Shown: piece by piece, positions 1 to 8,564 of the stretch
Numbering within the stretch: position 1 is the stretch's first letter
Layout: every line of letters starts with the position of its first letter
From: Candidatus Edwardsbacteria bacterium
GTDB taxonomy: Bacteria; Edwardsbacteria; AC1; EtOH8
DNA length: 64,000 nt
Direction: 5' to 3'
NCBI GenBank assembly: GCA_025453955.1
Contig: JALOPJ010000001.1
Span: 12,515 to 76,514, forward strand
Notes under the pieces: model-generated
What the model saw: only the letters and a program-made list of their open reading frames with translations
Told to the model about the DNA's origin: nothing
Database searches by the model: none
Made by a program: the position numbers and the translations under genes

Positions 1-192
1 GAAGGCGGCGAAGCCGATGGCCAGCGCGGCGCCGATGGCCTTGAAGATCACCTTATAGTCGATGTCGCCCTTGGCCTGCTCGGTGGTGCCGGCCGGCTGG
101 GCCGCCGCCGGCGCCTCGTGCTGGGCCCAGGCGGCGGAGGCGAAGGTCATCGCGATGACGGACAGCATCAGGATCGCCAGGAACTTTTTCAT
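1..192 (-). CDS. ntpK: V-type ATP synthase subunit K (proteolipid), N-terminal part; the gene continues beyond the window start
   Basis: Minus-strand translation from the ATG at 190-192 gives MKKFLAILMLSVIAMTFASAAWAQHEAPAAAQPAGTTEQAKGDIDYKVIFKAIGAALAIGFAA... The Gly/Ala-rich proteolipid helix follows the normal V-ATPase I-K gene order. The ORF is open to coordinate 1. Confidence 0.55.
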   Translation of the reverse strand, partial: MKKFLAILMLSVIAMTFASAAWAQHEAPAAAQPAGTTEQAKGDIDYKVIFKAIGAALAIGFAAF

Positions 193-2087
193 GGGGTCTC
201 TCCCGTTGTTTTGAAGGGTTTGTATTGTTTGCCGGGATAATCGTGGTACTTGAACTTGGTGAAGAACTCCACCACCTGGAGACGGAACGGCTGCATGATG
301 GGACTGATCAGGCCCAGCGCGAAGAACAGCGGATGGATCACCAAGGCGGCCACCAGGAACCCCGCCACCCCGCCGATGGTGCGGCCGATCAGGTTGGCCG
401 CATACGCCAGATATGCCGCGGACAATCCGATCGCGAACAAACGGGCGTACGAGAGGATGTTCCCGACGTTGCCGAAGATCTCGATCGGCCCGGCCACGCC
501 GGCCAGGATGCCCAACGTGACCGCGCACACTCCGGCCACTACCACCGAGGGCCACATCAGCGCGACCGGCAGGACCTTGACCATCACGGTGAAGAAGATG
601 CCGAACACCGCGACCACTCCCAGGGCGAAGGCGATGGGCTCCAAAACGTGGTGCAGGTTGCGATGCTTGATCCCGTTGTAGAGCATGATCCCGTAGCCGA
701 CATAGACCTGCACGAAACCGATCACCAGCGACAGCTGGAACAGGGACATGATCGACTCGGTGCTCAGACGGTTCATGCTCTCGGAAACCGGCTTGATCCA
801 GTGCATATGCTCGCCGAAATCGCCGAACAGCTCGCCGTAGACGAAGCCCCAGACGATCGTCCACAGCGCGCAGATGCCGAAGATGGTCGCCAGCGAACGG
901 GCCAGTCGTGAACTGCGGTACTTCAGCCAGATGACCGCGACGGCGAGCGACATGACCGCTCCGTATCCGATGTCGCCGACGATGAAGCCGAAGAAGAACG
1001 GGAAGAAGAACGCGATGAACGGTGTGGGGTCCACCGCCCCGTACTGGGGAGGGTTGAAGATGGAGAGCAGCAGCTCGAAGGGCCTGACCACCGGGTTGTT
1101 CCTGAGGGTCACCGGCACCCGGGGCGCGTCGTGGTGGCCGATCTCCAGCAGTTGGACCGTCACCGCGTCCTTGAACTGCGCGCGCAGCGCGTCCTGCAGC
1201 GCCGGCAGGTCGTCCTGCGGCAGGTAGCCCCGCAGCGAGAAGCTGAAGCGGCCCTCGCCGGCCCGGCCCCGGGCGTCGAACCGCGCCAGCTCGTCGGCTG
1301 CCTGGCGGCGCCAGCCGGCCAGTTCCGGCCCCCACTGGTCCGCCAGCGCGCGGATCTCGGTCCGCGCGGCGCGGATCCGCTGCGGCAGGTCGTGCAGCTT
1401 GCGCTTGAGCTGGCGCACCGCCTCCGGCACCGGCAGCTCCGCCACGGTCGACGGCAGCTTCAGCTCGTTGATCCCGGCCTTGGAGAAGAAGCCGCGCACC
1501 CGGTCGGCGTCGGCGGCGTGGTAGGCCACCAGCGCGGCCACCCGGCCGTCGCCCAGCGCCTGGGCGTACAGCTCGCAGCGGCCGGCGGTGGCCTTGGCCA
1601 GCTCGCGCCGCACCGGTTCGACCGCCGCGGCATCGGCGCCCCGCGCCACGAAACCGAAGGCCCGCAGCTTGGCGCTGCCCTCCAGCCGCGTCAACAGCGG
1701 CGAGAGCGCCTCCAGCGCCGACTGATAGCTGGCGATCAGCGCCAGTTCGTCCCTCAGCTCCAGCTCCCCGCGGACCAGCGCGCGCGCCTGCTCCTGCCGC
1801 TCACGCAGCAGCTGTTCCAGGGACGCCCAATCGGCCACCACGGCCGTTGGCGCGGGCGGGCCGCGGTGGCCCAGCAGCGACAGCAACCCGTCGATCGCCG
1901 CGGCGGCTTTCTCCAGCAGCGACCGCCGCTCGTCCTCGTCCGGCGACAGCCGGCCGGTGGCCACGCCGGCCGCGGTTCCGGGCATCGTGGCCAGGTGCAC
2001 CCGCCCCGCCCGCTGGACCGCGGCGATCACCGCCGGCAGCAGCGGCCGCGGCCCGACCATCAGGATGTTCGCCATGGGGACGATCAT
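189..2087 (-). CDS. ntpI: V-type ATP synthase subunit I (116-kDa a-subunit homolog)
   Basis: 632-aa ORF. The N-terminal soluble domain has the I-subunit pattern (MANILMVGPRPLLPAVIAAVQRAGRVHL). The C-terminal membrane domain carries the conserved SYARLFAIGLSAAYLA motif and multiple TM helices. Confidence 0.85.
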   Translation of the reverse strand: MIVPMANILMVGPRPLLPAVIAAVQRAGRVHLATMPGTAAGVATGRLSPDEDERRSLLEKAAAAIDGLLSLLGHRGPPAPTAVVADWASLEQLLRERQEQARALVRGELELRDELALIASYQSALEALSPLLTRLEGSAKLRAFGFVARGADAAAVEPVRRELAKATAGRCELYAQALGDGRVAALVAYHAADADRVRGFFSKAGINELKLPSTVAELPVPEAVRQLKRKLHDLPQRIRAARTEIRALADQWGPELAGWRRQAADELARFDARGRAGEGRFSFSLRGYLPQDDLPALQDALRAQFKDAVTVQLLEIGHHDAPRVPVTLRNNPVVRPFELLLSIFNPPQYGAVDPTPFIAFFFPFFFGFIVGDIGYGAVMSLAVAVIWLKYRSSRLARSLATIFGICALWTIVWGFVYGELFGDFGEHMHWIKPVSESMNRLSTESIMSLFQLSLVIGFVQVYVGYGIMLYNGIKHRNLHHVLEPIAFALGVVAVFGIFFTVMVKVLPVALMWPSVVVAGVCAVTLGILAGVAGPIEIFGNVGNILSYARLFAIGLSAAYLAYAANLIGRTIGGVAGFLVAALVIHPLFFALGLISPIMQPFRLQVVEFFTKFKYHDYPGKQYKPFKTTGETP

Positions 2088-2438
2088 CTATGACCGCTCC
2101 GGCAGCACGCTGTTGACCACTTCCGCCACCGCGGCGTCCATCCGGGATGCCGCGCCGGCCCGCAGCCGCTGCTCCTCCTGCCGGGCCTGCGCCTGCCTCG
2201 CGGCGCCGATCTCCGCCGCGATGCCCGCCAGGCGCTGCTGGTGCTCGGCCATCAGCAGCCGCTCGGCCTCGGCGGCCTCGCGCTCGACCCGGGCGGCATC
2301 AGCCTGCGCCTGTTCGACGATGCGCCGGGCCTCGGCCTGCGCCTGCTCGACCGTGCGCTCCAGCTCCCGCTCGCGCTCGGCCAGCTGCTCGATGATGTCG
2401 AGCCCCTGGTCCCGGTGGCCGTCGTGTCCGTGCGTCAT
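2088..2438 (-). CDS. V-type ATPase peripheral-stalk subunit G/H-like coiled-coil protein
   Basis: Short, highly charged A/E/R/Q-rich coiled-coil ORF (MTHGHDGHRDQGLDIIEQLAERERELERTVEQAQAEARRIVEQAQADAARVEREAAEAERL...) immediately upstream of and abutting subunit I, as in atpG/ntpF-I-K operons. I use the internal ATG at 2438, which avoids overlap with the upstream gene; the track ORF extends to 2492. Confidence 0.5.
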   Translation of the reverse strand: MTHGHDGHRDQGLDIIEQLAERERELERTVEQAQAEARRIVEQAQADAARVEREAAEAERLLMAEHQQRLAGIAAEIGAARQAQARQEEQRLRAGAASRMDAAVAEVVNSVLPERS

Positions 2439-2449
2439 CGTGATACCCT

Positions 2450-2827
2450 TCAGCCTGCGTAGAGAAACTTGGCGAAATCGTCCGTCGCCCACCGCATCTG
2501 CAGCCGCGCCATGCCCAGGTTCCCGGCGCCGGCCGGCAGCCCCACCCCGAGGTAGAAGTCGCTGCCGACCATCTTGAGGATGATCATGATGCGGTCGGTG
2601 GCGACGATCAGCTCGGTGATGTCCCCCACCTGGAGGTTCCCGGCGGCGCGGTTGGCCGCGGCCAGCATGGTGGCGAACTCGGCGTCGGCCAGCGTGGTGT
2701 CCAGCGCGGGGTCGGCGTTGTAGGTCGCGATCCCGATGCCGTCGATGCCGGTCAGGTTGGCCGATACCGCGCCCGGGATGCTGTCGACCAGTTCCCTCAG
2801 CCGTTGCTCGTAATCGGCCATGTCCAT
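2450..2827 (-). CDS. Roadblock/LC7 (MglB-like) domain protein
   Basis: 125-aa ORF with the Roadblock/LC7 signature (GAVSANLTGIDGIGIATYNADP...TELIVATDRIMIIL). It sits directly upstream of the V-ATPase genes. Confidence 0.65.
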   Translation of the reverse strand: MDMADYEQRLRELVDSIPGAVSANLTGIDGIGIATYNADPALDTTLADAEFATMLAAANRAAGNLQVGDITELIVATDRIMIILKMVGSDFYLGVGLPAGAGNLGMARLQMRWATDDFAKFLYAG

Positions 2828-2860
2828 GCGCGGGACCTCACGTGATGGCTGCGGCGACGT

Positions 2861-3517
2861 TCAGCCGCCGAACATTTTCCCGAAGAACCCCTTCTTCTCC
2901 TTGGCGATCTGCTCCAGCCGCTGCTTGGCGGTGACGTTGTTGGGGTCCCACTTGAGGGCCTCCTTGAACTGCTCCTTGGCCTTGTCGTGCTGCCCCGCCA
3001 GCTGGTAGATGATCCCCATCGACAGGTAGTGCTCGGGGTTGTACATCTCCAATTGCTGGGCCTTCTCGCACTGGGCGCGGGCCTCGTCGACCGGGCCGCC
3101 GGCCTTGACCAGCGCGATCCCCAGCCGGTCGTAGTAGGACGCCTTCTTGGGATTGAGCCGCACCGCCGCCTTGAAATACTCCACGGACCGCTTGAAGTTC
3201 TGCTCGTTGTAGGCCTTGACGCCCTGCCGGTAGACCATCTCCGCCTGGTTGGCCTCGTGGCCGTGGCCGTCGGTCACCCCGGACTGGCGGTCCATCAGCA
3301 GCTTGTTGTAGGCCTCCCGCTTCCTGCGGTCGACCAGCGTGTGGTAGGCCTCGTTGACGTCCTGGAACTGGCTGCTGGCGAAGCCCAGCTTGCTCTCGGA
3401 CGGGTTCTTGTCCGGATGCAGCCTGATGGCCAGCCTGCGGTAGGCCTGCTTGATGTCCTGGTCGCCCGCCGAGCGGCTGATCCCCAGGATCACGTAGTAG
3501 TCCTTGAATTCAGCCAT
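2861..3517 (-). CDS. J-domain (DnaJ-like) protein with TPR repeats
   Basis: Start MAEFKDYYVILGISRSAGDQDIKQAYRRLAIRLHPDKN gives a canonical J-domain with the HPD motif. The C-terminal half has TPR-like repeats (YRQGVKAYNEQNFKRSVEYFKAAVRLNP..., SMGIIYQLAGQHDKAKEQFKEALKWDPNN). Start verified at the cat at 3515-3517. Confidence 0.75.
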   Translation of the reverse strand: MAEFKDYYVILGISRSAGDQDIKQAYRRLAIRLHPDKNPSESKLGFASSQFQDVNEAYHTLVDRRKREAYNKLLMDRQSGVTDGHGHEANQAEMVYRQGVKAYNEQNFKRSVEYFKAAVRLNPKKASYYDRLGIALVKAGGPVDEARAQCEKAQQLEMYNPEHYLSMGIIYQLAGQHDKAKEQFKEALKWDPNNVTAKQRLEQIAKEKKGFFGKMFGG

Positions 3518-3677
3518 GTCCGATGGTCCCCATCGCGCCACCTGACAGGCCAGCGGCGGCCACGGCTGTCGGGATACCAACGGCCCGGCGGCGACGCCGG
3601 GCAGCGAAACGCCCCAGGGTCCGCTGCAGGGCCTGGTCGCAGGAGTGGTCCTTGATGATCGGGTCGACGAAGGTCAT
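3513..3677 (-). CDS. Hypothetical small protein (55 aa) translationally coupled to the J-domain gene
   Basis: Minus-strand ATG at 3675-3677 encodes MTFVDPIIKDHSCDQALQRTLGRFAARRRRRAVGIPTAVAAAGLSGGAMGTIGHG. Its stop TGA (3510-3512) overlaps the J-domain ATG as ATGGCTGA. GC3 is high, consistent with coding. It is too short for the ORF track, and I have no homology evidence. Confidence 0.25.
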
Positions 3678-3764
3678 TGCTGTGGCTCGCTACGTCGCGG
3701 AGCTGTCTGGGCGGGTATCGGAGGGATCGACCGCGGCCGTTCCGCGGCGGGGCGAAAGGGGACA

Positions 3765-3851
3765 TGGTGCCGGGAGTGGGACTTGAACCCACATGGCTTG
3801 CGCCATACGCACCTCAAACGTACGTGTCTACCAAAATTCCACCATCCCGGC
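3765..3851 (-). tRNA. tRNA-Leu (anticodon GAG), type II with long variable arm; CCA is genomically encoded
   Basis: The reverse complement GCCGGGATGGTGGAATTTTGGTAGACACGTACGTTTGAGGTGCGTATGGCGCAAGCCATGTGGGTTCAAGTCCCACTCCCGGCACCA folds as follows. Acceptor GCCGGGA/TCCCGGC. D stem GTG/CAC with a long D loop. Anticodon stem TACGT/GCGTA with loop TTGAGGT, giving anticodon GAG and G37. Variable arm GGC-GCAA-GCC. T arm GTGGG-TTCAAGT-CCCAC. Discriminator A, then CCA. Confidence 0.85.
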
Positions 3852-3979
3852 ACTGCGACGGGCCGTTGATGCCAGAGGTTAACCTGTTATTGTTCTATGC
3901 GGTTATCGTTGATGACCATCGGGATATTGTATCGTAAAACGACCGGGGCTGTCAACCCAAAACCGGGCAAAAACACCGG

Positions 3980-5484
3980 TCAACCGTTGAGCAGCCTGTC
4001 GCCGTCGAGGTCCCGCACCGCGAACTGGGACATCGGCAGCTGCTTGTCGGCGACCAGGTACACCTCGGCCCGCCGCGTCCGGCGCAGCTCGGCGATGACA
4101 TGGACCCCCTCCCCCCGCAGGTAGTCTTGAAAGGCCGGCGCCACCGAGATCTGCAGCCGCTTGCGCTTGAGGGCCTCACCCTGGGCGGCCAGCCAGCGCT
4201 CCAGCTTGAGGGCCATGGTCAGGGGCGAGACCACCCGGCCGGTGCCGCCGCAGGTCGGGCATTCCTGGGACAGCGACTGCCACAGGCTGGGCCGCACCCG
4301 CTTGCGGCTCATCTCCACCAGGCCCAGCGGCGAGATGTCGTAGACCTTGGGACGGGAGCGGTCGCTGGCCAGCGCCTTCTTGAACTCGTCGACCACCGAC
4401 GAGCGGTGGCTGCGCTTCTCCATGTCGATGAAGTCGACCACGATGATGCCGCCCATGTCCCGCAGCCGCACCTGGCGCGCCACCTCGCGGGCCGCGGCCA
4501 TGTTGACCTTGTAGACGGTGTCCTCCGGACTGCCGCCGCGCTTGCCGACGAACTTGCCGGAATTGACGTCGATGGCCGCCAGGGCCTCGGTCTGCTCGAT
4601 GGTGATGTGCCCGCCGCCCTTCAGCCAGACCTTGCGCTCCACCGCCTTCTCCAGCTGCTCCTCGACGCCGTGGACCTCGAACAGCGGCCGGGCCTCCTTG
4701 GCGAGCCGCACCTTCTTCTTGAGGTCGGGATCGGTCTTGGCCAGCTGGTCGCACAGCAGCCTGTGCATCTCCCTGCCGTCGGTGACCACCTGCCGGATAT
4801 CGTAGGAGGCCAGGTCCTGCAGCAGGCCCAGCACCAGCGGCGGCTGGGCGTGCACCTTGGCCGGCGCCACCGCCTTCTTGCCCGCCTTCTCGACGGCCTC
4901 CCAGGTCTTGACCAGCCAGGCCAGGTCGGCCTTCAGCTTCTTGTCGGGCATCCCCTCGGCCGCGGTGCGGACGATGGCGCCGCAGCCCGGCGGCAGCAGC
5001 CCGCCGATGGCCTCCTTCAGCCGCCGCCGCTCCCCGCGGTCCTCGATCTTGCGCGAGACGCCGATGCCCTGCTCGAACGGCACCAGCACGCAGGCGCGGC
5101 CGGGCAGCGAGATCTGGGCGGTGAGGCGCGGGCCCTTGGTCGAGATCGGTTCCTTGGTGACCTGCACCAGCACCTCCTGGCCGGCCTTCAGCATCCGCTC
5201 CAGGCGGCGGGGCCGCGCGCCCTTGCCGCCCTCCTCATCCTCGAAGTCGGACGGGTCGAACACGGCGTCGTCCAGCGACAGGAAGCCGCTCTTCCCGGCG
5301 CCGATGTCGACGAAGGCCGCCTGCAGGCCGGCCAGCACCTTCTCCACCCGCCCCTTGTAGATGTCGCCCACCGCGGCGCGGGCCTCGCCCCGGTCCATCC
5401 AGAACTCGACCAGCTGGCCGTCCTCGAGCACGGCGATCCTGGTCTCCGCGGGCATGGCGTTGATGATGATGTCGAAGGGCATCG
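3980..5484 (-). CDS. rng: Ribonuclease G (RNase E/G family)
   Basis: 501 aa from MPFDIIINAMPAETRIAVLEDGQLVEFWMDRGEARAAVGDIYKGRVEKVLAGLQAAFVDIG, an S1 domain followed by the RNase E/G catalytic core (DVNSGKF...GIIVVDFIDM, Zn-link CPTCGGTGRV). The track ORF 3980..6277 carries a 265-aa spurious upstream extension. Start verified at the cat at 5482-5484. Confidence 0.85.
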
Positions 5485-5520
5485 ATGGTTCCGATCGTGT
5501 GAGGCTCGGCGCGGCCGCTG

Positions 5521-6285
5521 TCAGCGCTTCTTGTCCCTGATCTCGATGCCGGCCAGCAGGACGTTGATGCCCTTCAGCATCAGCAGGGGGTCGCAGGTCC
5601 AGCCCTTGAGGTCCGGGGCGAACAGCGGGCCCAGGCCGCCGGTCAGCAGCAGGCGCGGCTTGGCCTGCAGTTCGCGGGCGATCCGCTCCGCCAGTTCCCG
5701 CACCATCCCCACCGTGCCCCAGTAGACGCCGGAGCGGACGCACTCGGCGGTGTCCCGGCCGGTGGCCAGCGGCGCCCGCTTCAGGACCACCTCCGGCAGC
5801 TGGGCGGTGCGCTCGGCCAGCGCCTTCAGCAGCAGGCCCGGGCCGGGGGCGATGGCCCCGCCCCGGAACACGCCGCGGGAGTCCACCGCGTCCCAGGTGA
5901 CGGCGGTGCCGATGTCCACCACCAGCGCCGGCCCGCCGTGCAGCTTCCAGGCGGCATAGGCGTTGACCAGCCGGTCGGCCCCCAGCTGCTCGGGCCGGCG
6001 GTAGCTGACCTTGAACCCCGGCAGCAGCCGGGAATGGATCACCAGCGGGTTGACGGCCAGCAGCTCCCGGATCACGCCGCTGGCGGTCTTGGTGAGATCG
6101 GGCACCACCGAGACGATGGCCGCCTTCTTGATGGAGCGGACGCCGATCACCTTCTCCAGGTAGCTGAAGAACCCCTCGTGGGTCAGGGTCCGGCTGTGCT
6201 CCAGCCGGGCCTGGCGGATCAGCTTGTCGCCCGAGAACACCGCCAGGGCGATCTTGGTGTTGCCGATGTCGAGGCACAGGTTCAT
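5521..6285 (-). CDS. coaX: Type III pantothenate kinase
   Basis: 254 aa from MNLCLDIGNTKIALAVF..., with the CoaX/Bvg-accessory-factor fold motifs DIGNT and VVDIGTAVTWD. The longer track ORF 5521..6732 is an upstream extension. Overlaps birA by 4 nt. Confidence 0.85.
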   Translation of the reverse strand: MNLCLDIGNTKIALAVFSGDKLIRQARLEHSRTLTHEGFFSYLEKVIGVRSIKKAAIVSVVPDLTKTASGVIRELLAVNPLVIHSRLLPGFKVSYRRPEQLGADRLVNAYAAWKLHGGPALVVDIGTAVTWDAVDSRGVFRGGAIAPGPGLLLKALAERTAQLPEVVLKRAPLATGRDTAECVRSGVYWGTVGMVRELAERIARELQAKPRLLLTGGLGPLFAPDLKGWTCDPLLMLKGINVLLAGIEIRDKKR

Positions 6286-7073
6286 GCGCCGGCCTCCAGC
6301 ACGCTTCCCGACGTGACGCGCATCGTCTCCCCCTTCTCGTTGATCAAAAGCAGCGCCCCCTGGCCGTCGTAGCCGGTGACTACCCCGGAGCTCGACGCGC
6401 CGTCGTCGCCGGCGACCGTCACCCGCTTCCCGGCCAGGTACGACCGGGCCTGCAGCGGCGCCAGCAGCGATTCCAACCCGCCGCGGGCGAACTCCAGGTA
6501 GTCCCGCTCGATCGCGGCCAGCAGCCCCACCAGCAGGCCCTCGCGGAAGACCGACGACCCGGACTCCAGCGCCAGCGACGTGGCGCTCTCGCACAGCTCC
6601 AGCGGCAGGAAATCGTTGTTGACGTTGATGCCGATCCCGACCGCGGCGTAGGCCACGTCGGACTTGGCCGCGCTGATCTCGGTCAGGATGCCCCCGCACT
6701 TGCGGCCGTTGCAGAACAGGTCGTTGGGCCACTTGACGGCGACGGCCACGCCCGCGGCCGCCTCGATGGCGGTGGCCGCGGCGTGGCCCAGCGCCAGGGT
6801 CAGCCCCGACAGCCGGATCAGCGGCAGCTGCGGCCGCAGCAGCAGCGAGCAGTACAGCCCGGTGCCGGGCGGCGAGTACCAGCTGCTGCCCTGGCGGCCG
6901 TGCCCGGCCGTCTGCTGCTCGGCGATCACCACGCTGCCCTCGGCCGCGCCGTCGGCGGCCATGGCCTTGAGCCGCGCGCTGGTCGAGTCCAGCCGCTCGA
7001 AATAGGTCAGCTTCCGCCCGATGATGGCGGTGTGGAGGTTTTCCCTGACGTAGTCGATCTGCAGATATCTCAT
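6282..7073 (-). CDS. birA: Biotin--[acetyl-CoA-carboxylase] ligase, group I (no N-terminal HTH repressor domain)
   Basis: Start MRYLQIDYVRENLHTAIIGRKLTYFERLDSTS... with the biotin-protein ligase catalytic motif (QTAGHGRQGSSWYSPPGTGLYCSLLLR, KWPNDL) and a C-terminal SH3-like domain. At 263 aa it lacks the E. coli-type wHTH. The stop overlaps coaX as ATGA. Confidence 0.85.
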   Translation of the reverse strand: MRYLQIDYVRENLHTAIIGRKLTYFERLDSTSARLKAMAADGAAEGSVVIAEQQTAGHGRQGSSWYSPPGTGLYCSLLLRPQLPLIRLSGLTLALGHAAATAIEAAAGVAVAVKWPNDLFCNGRKCGGILTEISAAKSDVAYAAVGIGINVNNDFLPLELCESATSLALESGSSVFREGLLVGLLAAIERDYLEFARGGLESLLAPLQARSYLAGKRVTVAGDDGASSSGVVTGYDGQGALLLINEKGETMRVTSGSVLEAGA

Positions 7074-7120
7074 ATCCGGCCGCCGGGTGCGATAATGCGC
7101 ATAAAACTTTTCAACATAGT

Positions 7121-7149
7121 ATTTTACACGAAACACGGCCAACTTTCAA
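7121..7149 (-). promoter_or_regulatory. Candidate sigma70 promoter for the birA-coaX(-rng) transcription unit
   Basis: On the minus strand: TTGAAA - 17 nt - TAAAAT (plus-strand tttcaa at 7144-7149, atttta at 7121-7126), about 45 nt upstream of the birA start. Confidence 0.4.
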
Positions 7150-7261
7150 CAAAAAAACCACAGGGAAAATGATCCGGCGGCATGACGGCTCCGCCGCCAT
7201 GCGAACGGCGATCGATACGCCTCGAGGAAGTGCGGGGTGCGGACGGCCGGGCACGCAAACG

Positions 7262-7290
7262 TGCGCCCCTCTCCGGTCTCACCGGAGAGG
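7262..7290 (-). terminator. GC-rich stem-loop downstream of the membrane-protein gene (terminator-like, no U-tract)
   Basis: cccctctccgg-tctca-ccggagagggg, an 11-bp perfect stem immediately 3' of the 7318..8430 gene on the minus strand. Confidence 0.35.
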
Positions 7291-7317
7291 GGCGGGAGGA
7301 CGACCGCGGAAGGCCCG

Positions 7318-8430
7318 TCAGGCCTTGGCCGGCGCCGGAGCCGGCGGCTCGCAGATCTCCCCTTCGCGCTTGAGCTCGGCGGCCCGCTTGATCTCGGCGC
7401 GGGTCATGAAGCCCACGGCGATGAAGATGAACACCAGCGCCAGCCAGTCTTCCGACTTGGGATACTTGCCCCCGAAGAACAGGGCGAAGACCAGGGTGGC
7501 CAGGGTGCCGGCCACGAGCGAGGTCAGCCGGTTGGCCAGCCCGGCAAACGTGGCGGTGCGGCCCTTGAACATGAAGATGAACACCGAGGAAAAGGCCACG
7601 ATGCCGAACACTCCGCCGGCCACCACCACCATCGGCCAGTGGATCGAGGCCGCAACATAGCCGCGGTGCAGCGCCTCCAGAATCTTGCCGGAGCCGGAGG
7701 GCAGGAGCATCAGGACCGCCAGGGCCAGCAGGATGGTGATCGATGCCGAGACCTGCTCCACCGCGAAGAAGGCTTTGTTGTCCTGCTTGCATCCCTTGCC
7801 CCTGGTGTTCTTGTAGTAGTTCATGATGTAGATCCGGATGAAATAGGCCAGCAGATAGCTGCACAGCACCAGCATTGCCAGCGTGTTTTTCAACAGGTCG
7901 CTCCCGCCCGCCTCCTTGACGAAGAACAGCTGGAGCCCGACCGCCGCGATGGCGAACAGCACCGCCACCTCCTCCTCCCAGAAGACCTTCTTGTGGAGGA
8001 TGCCCTGTTTGATCTGGATGGCATCGATGATCCGGGAGAAGATGATCACCGACCCCCGCATGATCAGCATGGCCACCATCACCGAGCGCAGCAGGACATA
8101 CAACAGGGTGGTAGTGGGGATGACCACGGCCGTGCAGATGCCCGAGGGGATGATGTACAGGTATTCGGCCGGGAAACGGAGCTTTCCCCAGGTGATCATG
8201 TTGGCGGACTCCATCCGCGCCCAGCGGAAAATGGATACCACCGCCATGCAGATCAGGCTGCCGCCCAATGTGCTGTAGACCAGAAATTCCCAGTTGTTGA
8301 CCCCGGGCAGGCCGCGCGACACCGGGCCGGTGTAGTATTTGGTGGCCACCGTGTAGATGGTATACGTGCCCAGGTAGGCCAGGCACAACTCGACCAACGC
8401 GGCGGTACTGCCCTCTTTTGACTTGAACAT
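7318..8430 (-). CDS. Integral membrane protein of unknown function (two-repeat, about 10 TM; DMT/EamA-like topology)
   Basis: 370-aa, strongly hydrophobic ORF with two internally similar 5-TM halves and a charged C-terminal tail (AEIKRAAELKREGEICEPPAPAPAKA). Its GC content is visibly lower than the flanking DNA. Confidence 0.55.
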   Translation of the reverse strand: MFKSKEGSTAALVELCLAYLGTYTIYTVATKYYTGPVSRGLPGVNNWEFLVYSTLGGSLICMAVVSIFRWARMESANMITWGKLRFPAEYLYIIPSGICTAVVIPTTTLLYVLLRSVMVAMLIMRGSVIIFSRIIDAIQIKQGILHKKVFWEEEVAVLFAIAAVGLQLFFVKEAGGSDLLKNTLAMLVLCSYLLAYFIRIYIMNYYKNTRGKGCKQDNKAFFAVEQVSASITILLALAVLMLLPSGSGKILEALHRGYVAASIHWPMVVVAGGVFGIVAFSSVFIFMFKGRTATFAGLANRLTSLVAGTLATLVFALFFGGKYPKSEDWLALVFIFIAVGFMTRAEIKRAAELKREGEICEPPAPAPAKA

Positions 8431-8492
8431 TCTCGCGCTGTCCTCTGATGAAAGTTTCGCTAATGGCCAGTGTTGTCATGCCGTGTCCTGGT

Positions 8493-8564
8493 GTCATTCC
8501 GGCGAAGGCCGGAATCCAGCGACGAACGCTTATTTGGCTGGATTCCGATTTTCATCGGAATGAC
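8493..8564. repeat. Nested palindromic (REP/MITE-like) element overlapping the ispG stop codon
   Basis: gtcattccgg-cgaagg-ccggaatccag ... ctggattccg-attttcat-cggaatgac. The outer 9-bp and inner 10-bp inverted repeats can fold either as two adjacent hairpins or as one long hairpin. Confidence 0.5.

Noticed and set aside
3765-3851. Alternative anticodon readings (Gln-TTG, Ser-TGA) for the tRNA
   Set aside because: Only the TACGT/GCGTA anticodon stem with loop TTGAGGT gives proper pairing, U33 and a purine at 37. The long variable arm fits Leu, not Gln.
3980-6732. N-terminal extensions of the rng (to 6277) and coaX (to 6732) track ORFs
   Set aside because: The extensions are low-complexity and overlap the upstream genes. 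Conserved N-termini begin at the internal ATGs (5484, 6285), which give 4-nt gene overlaps.
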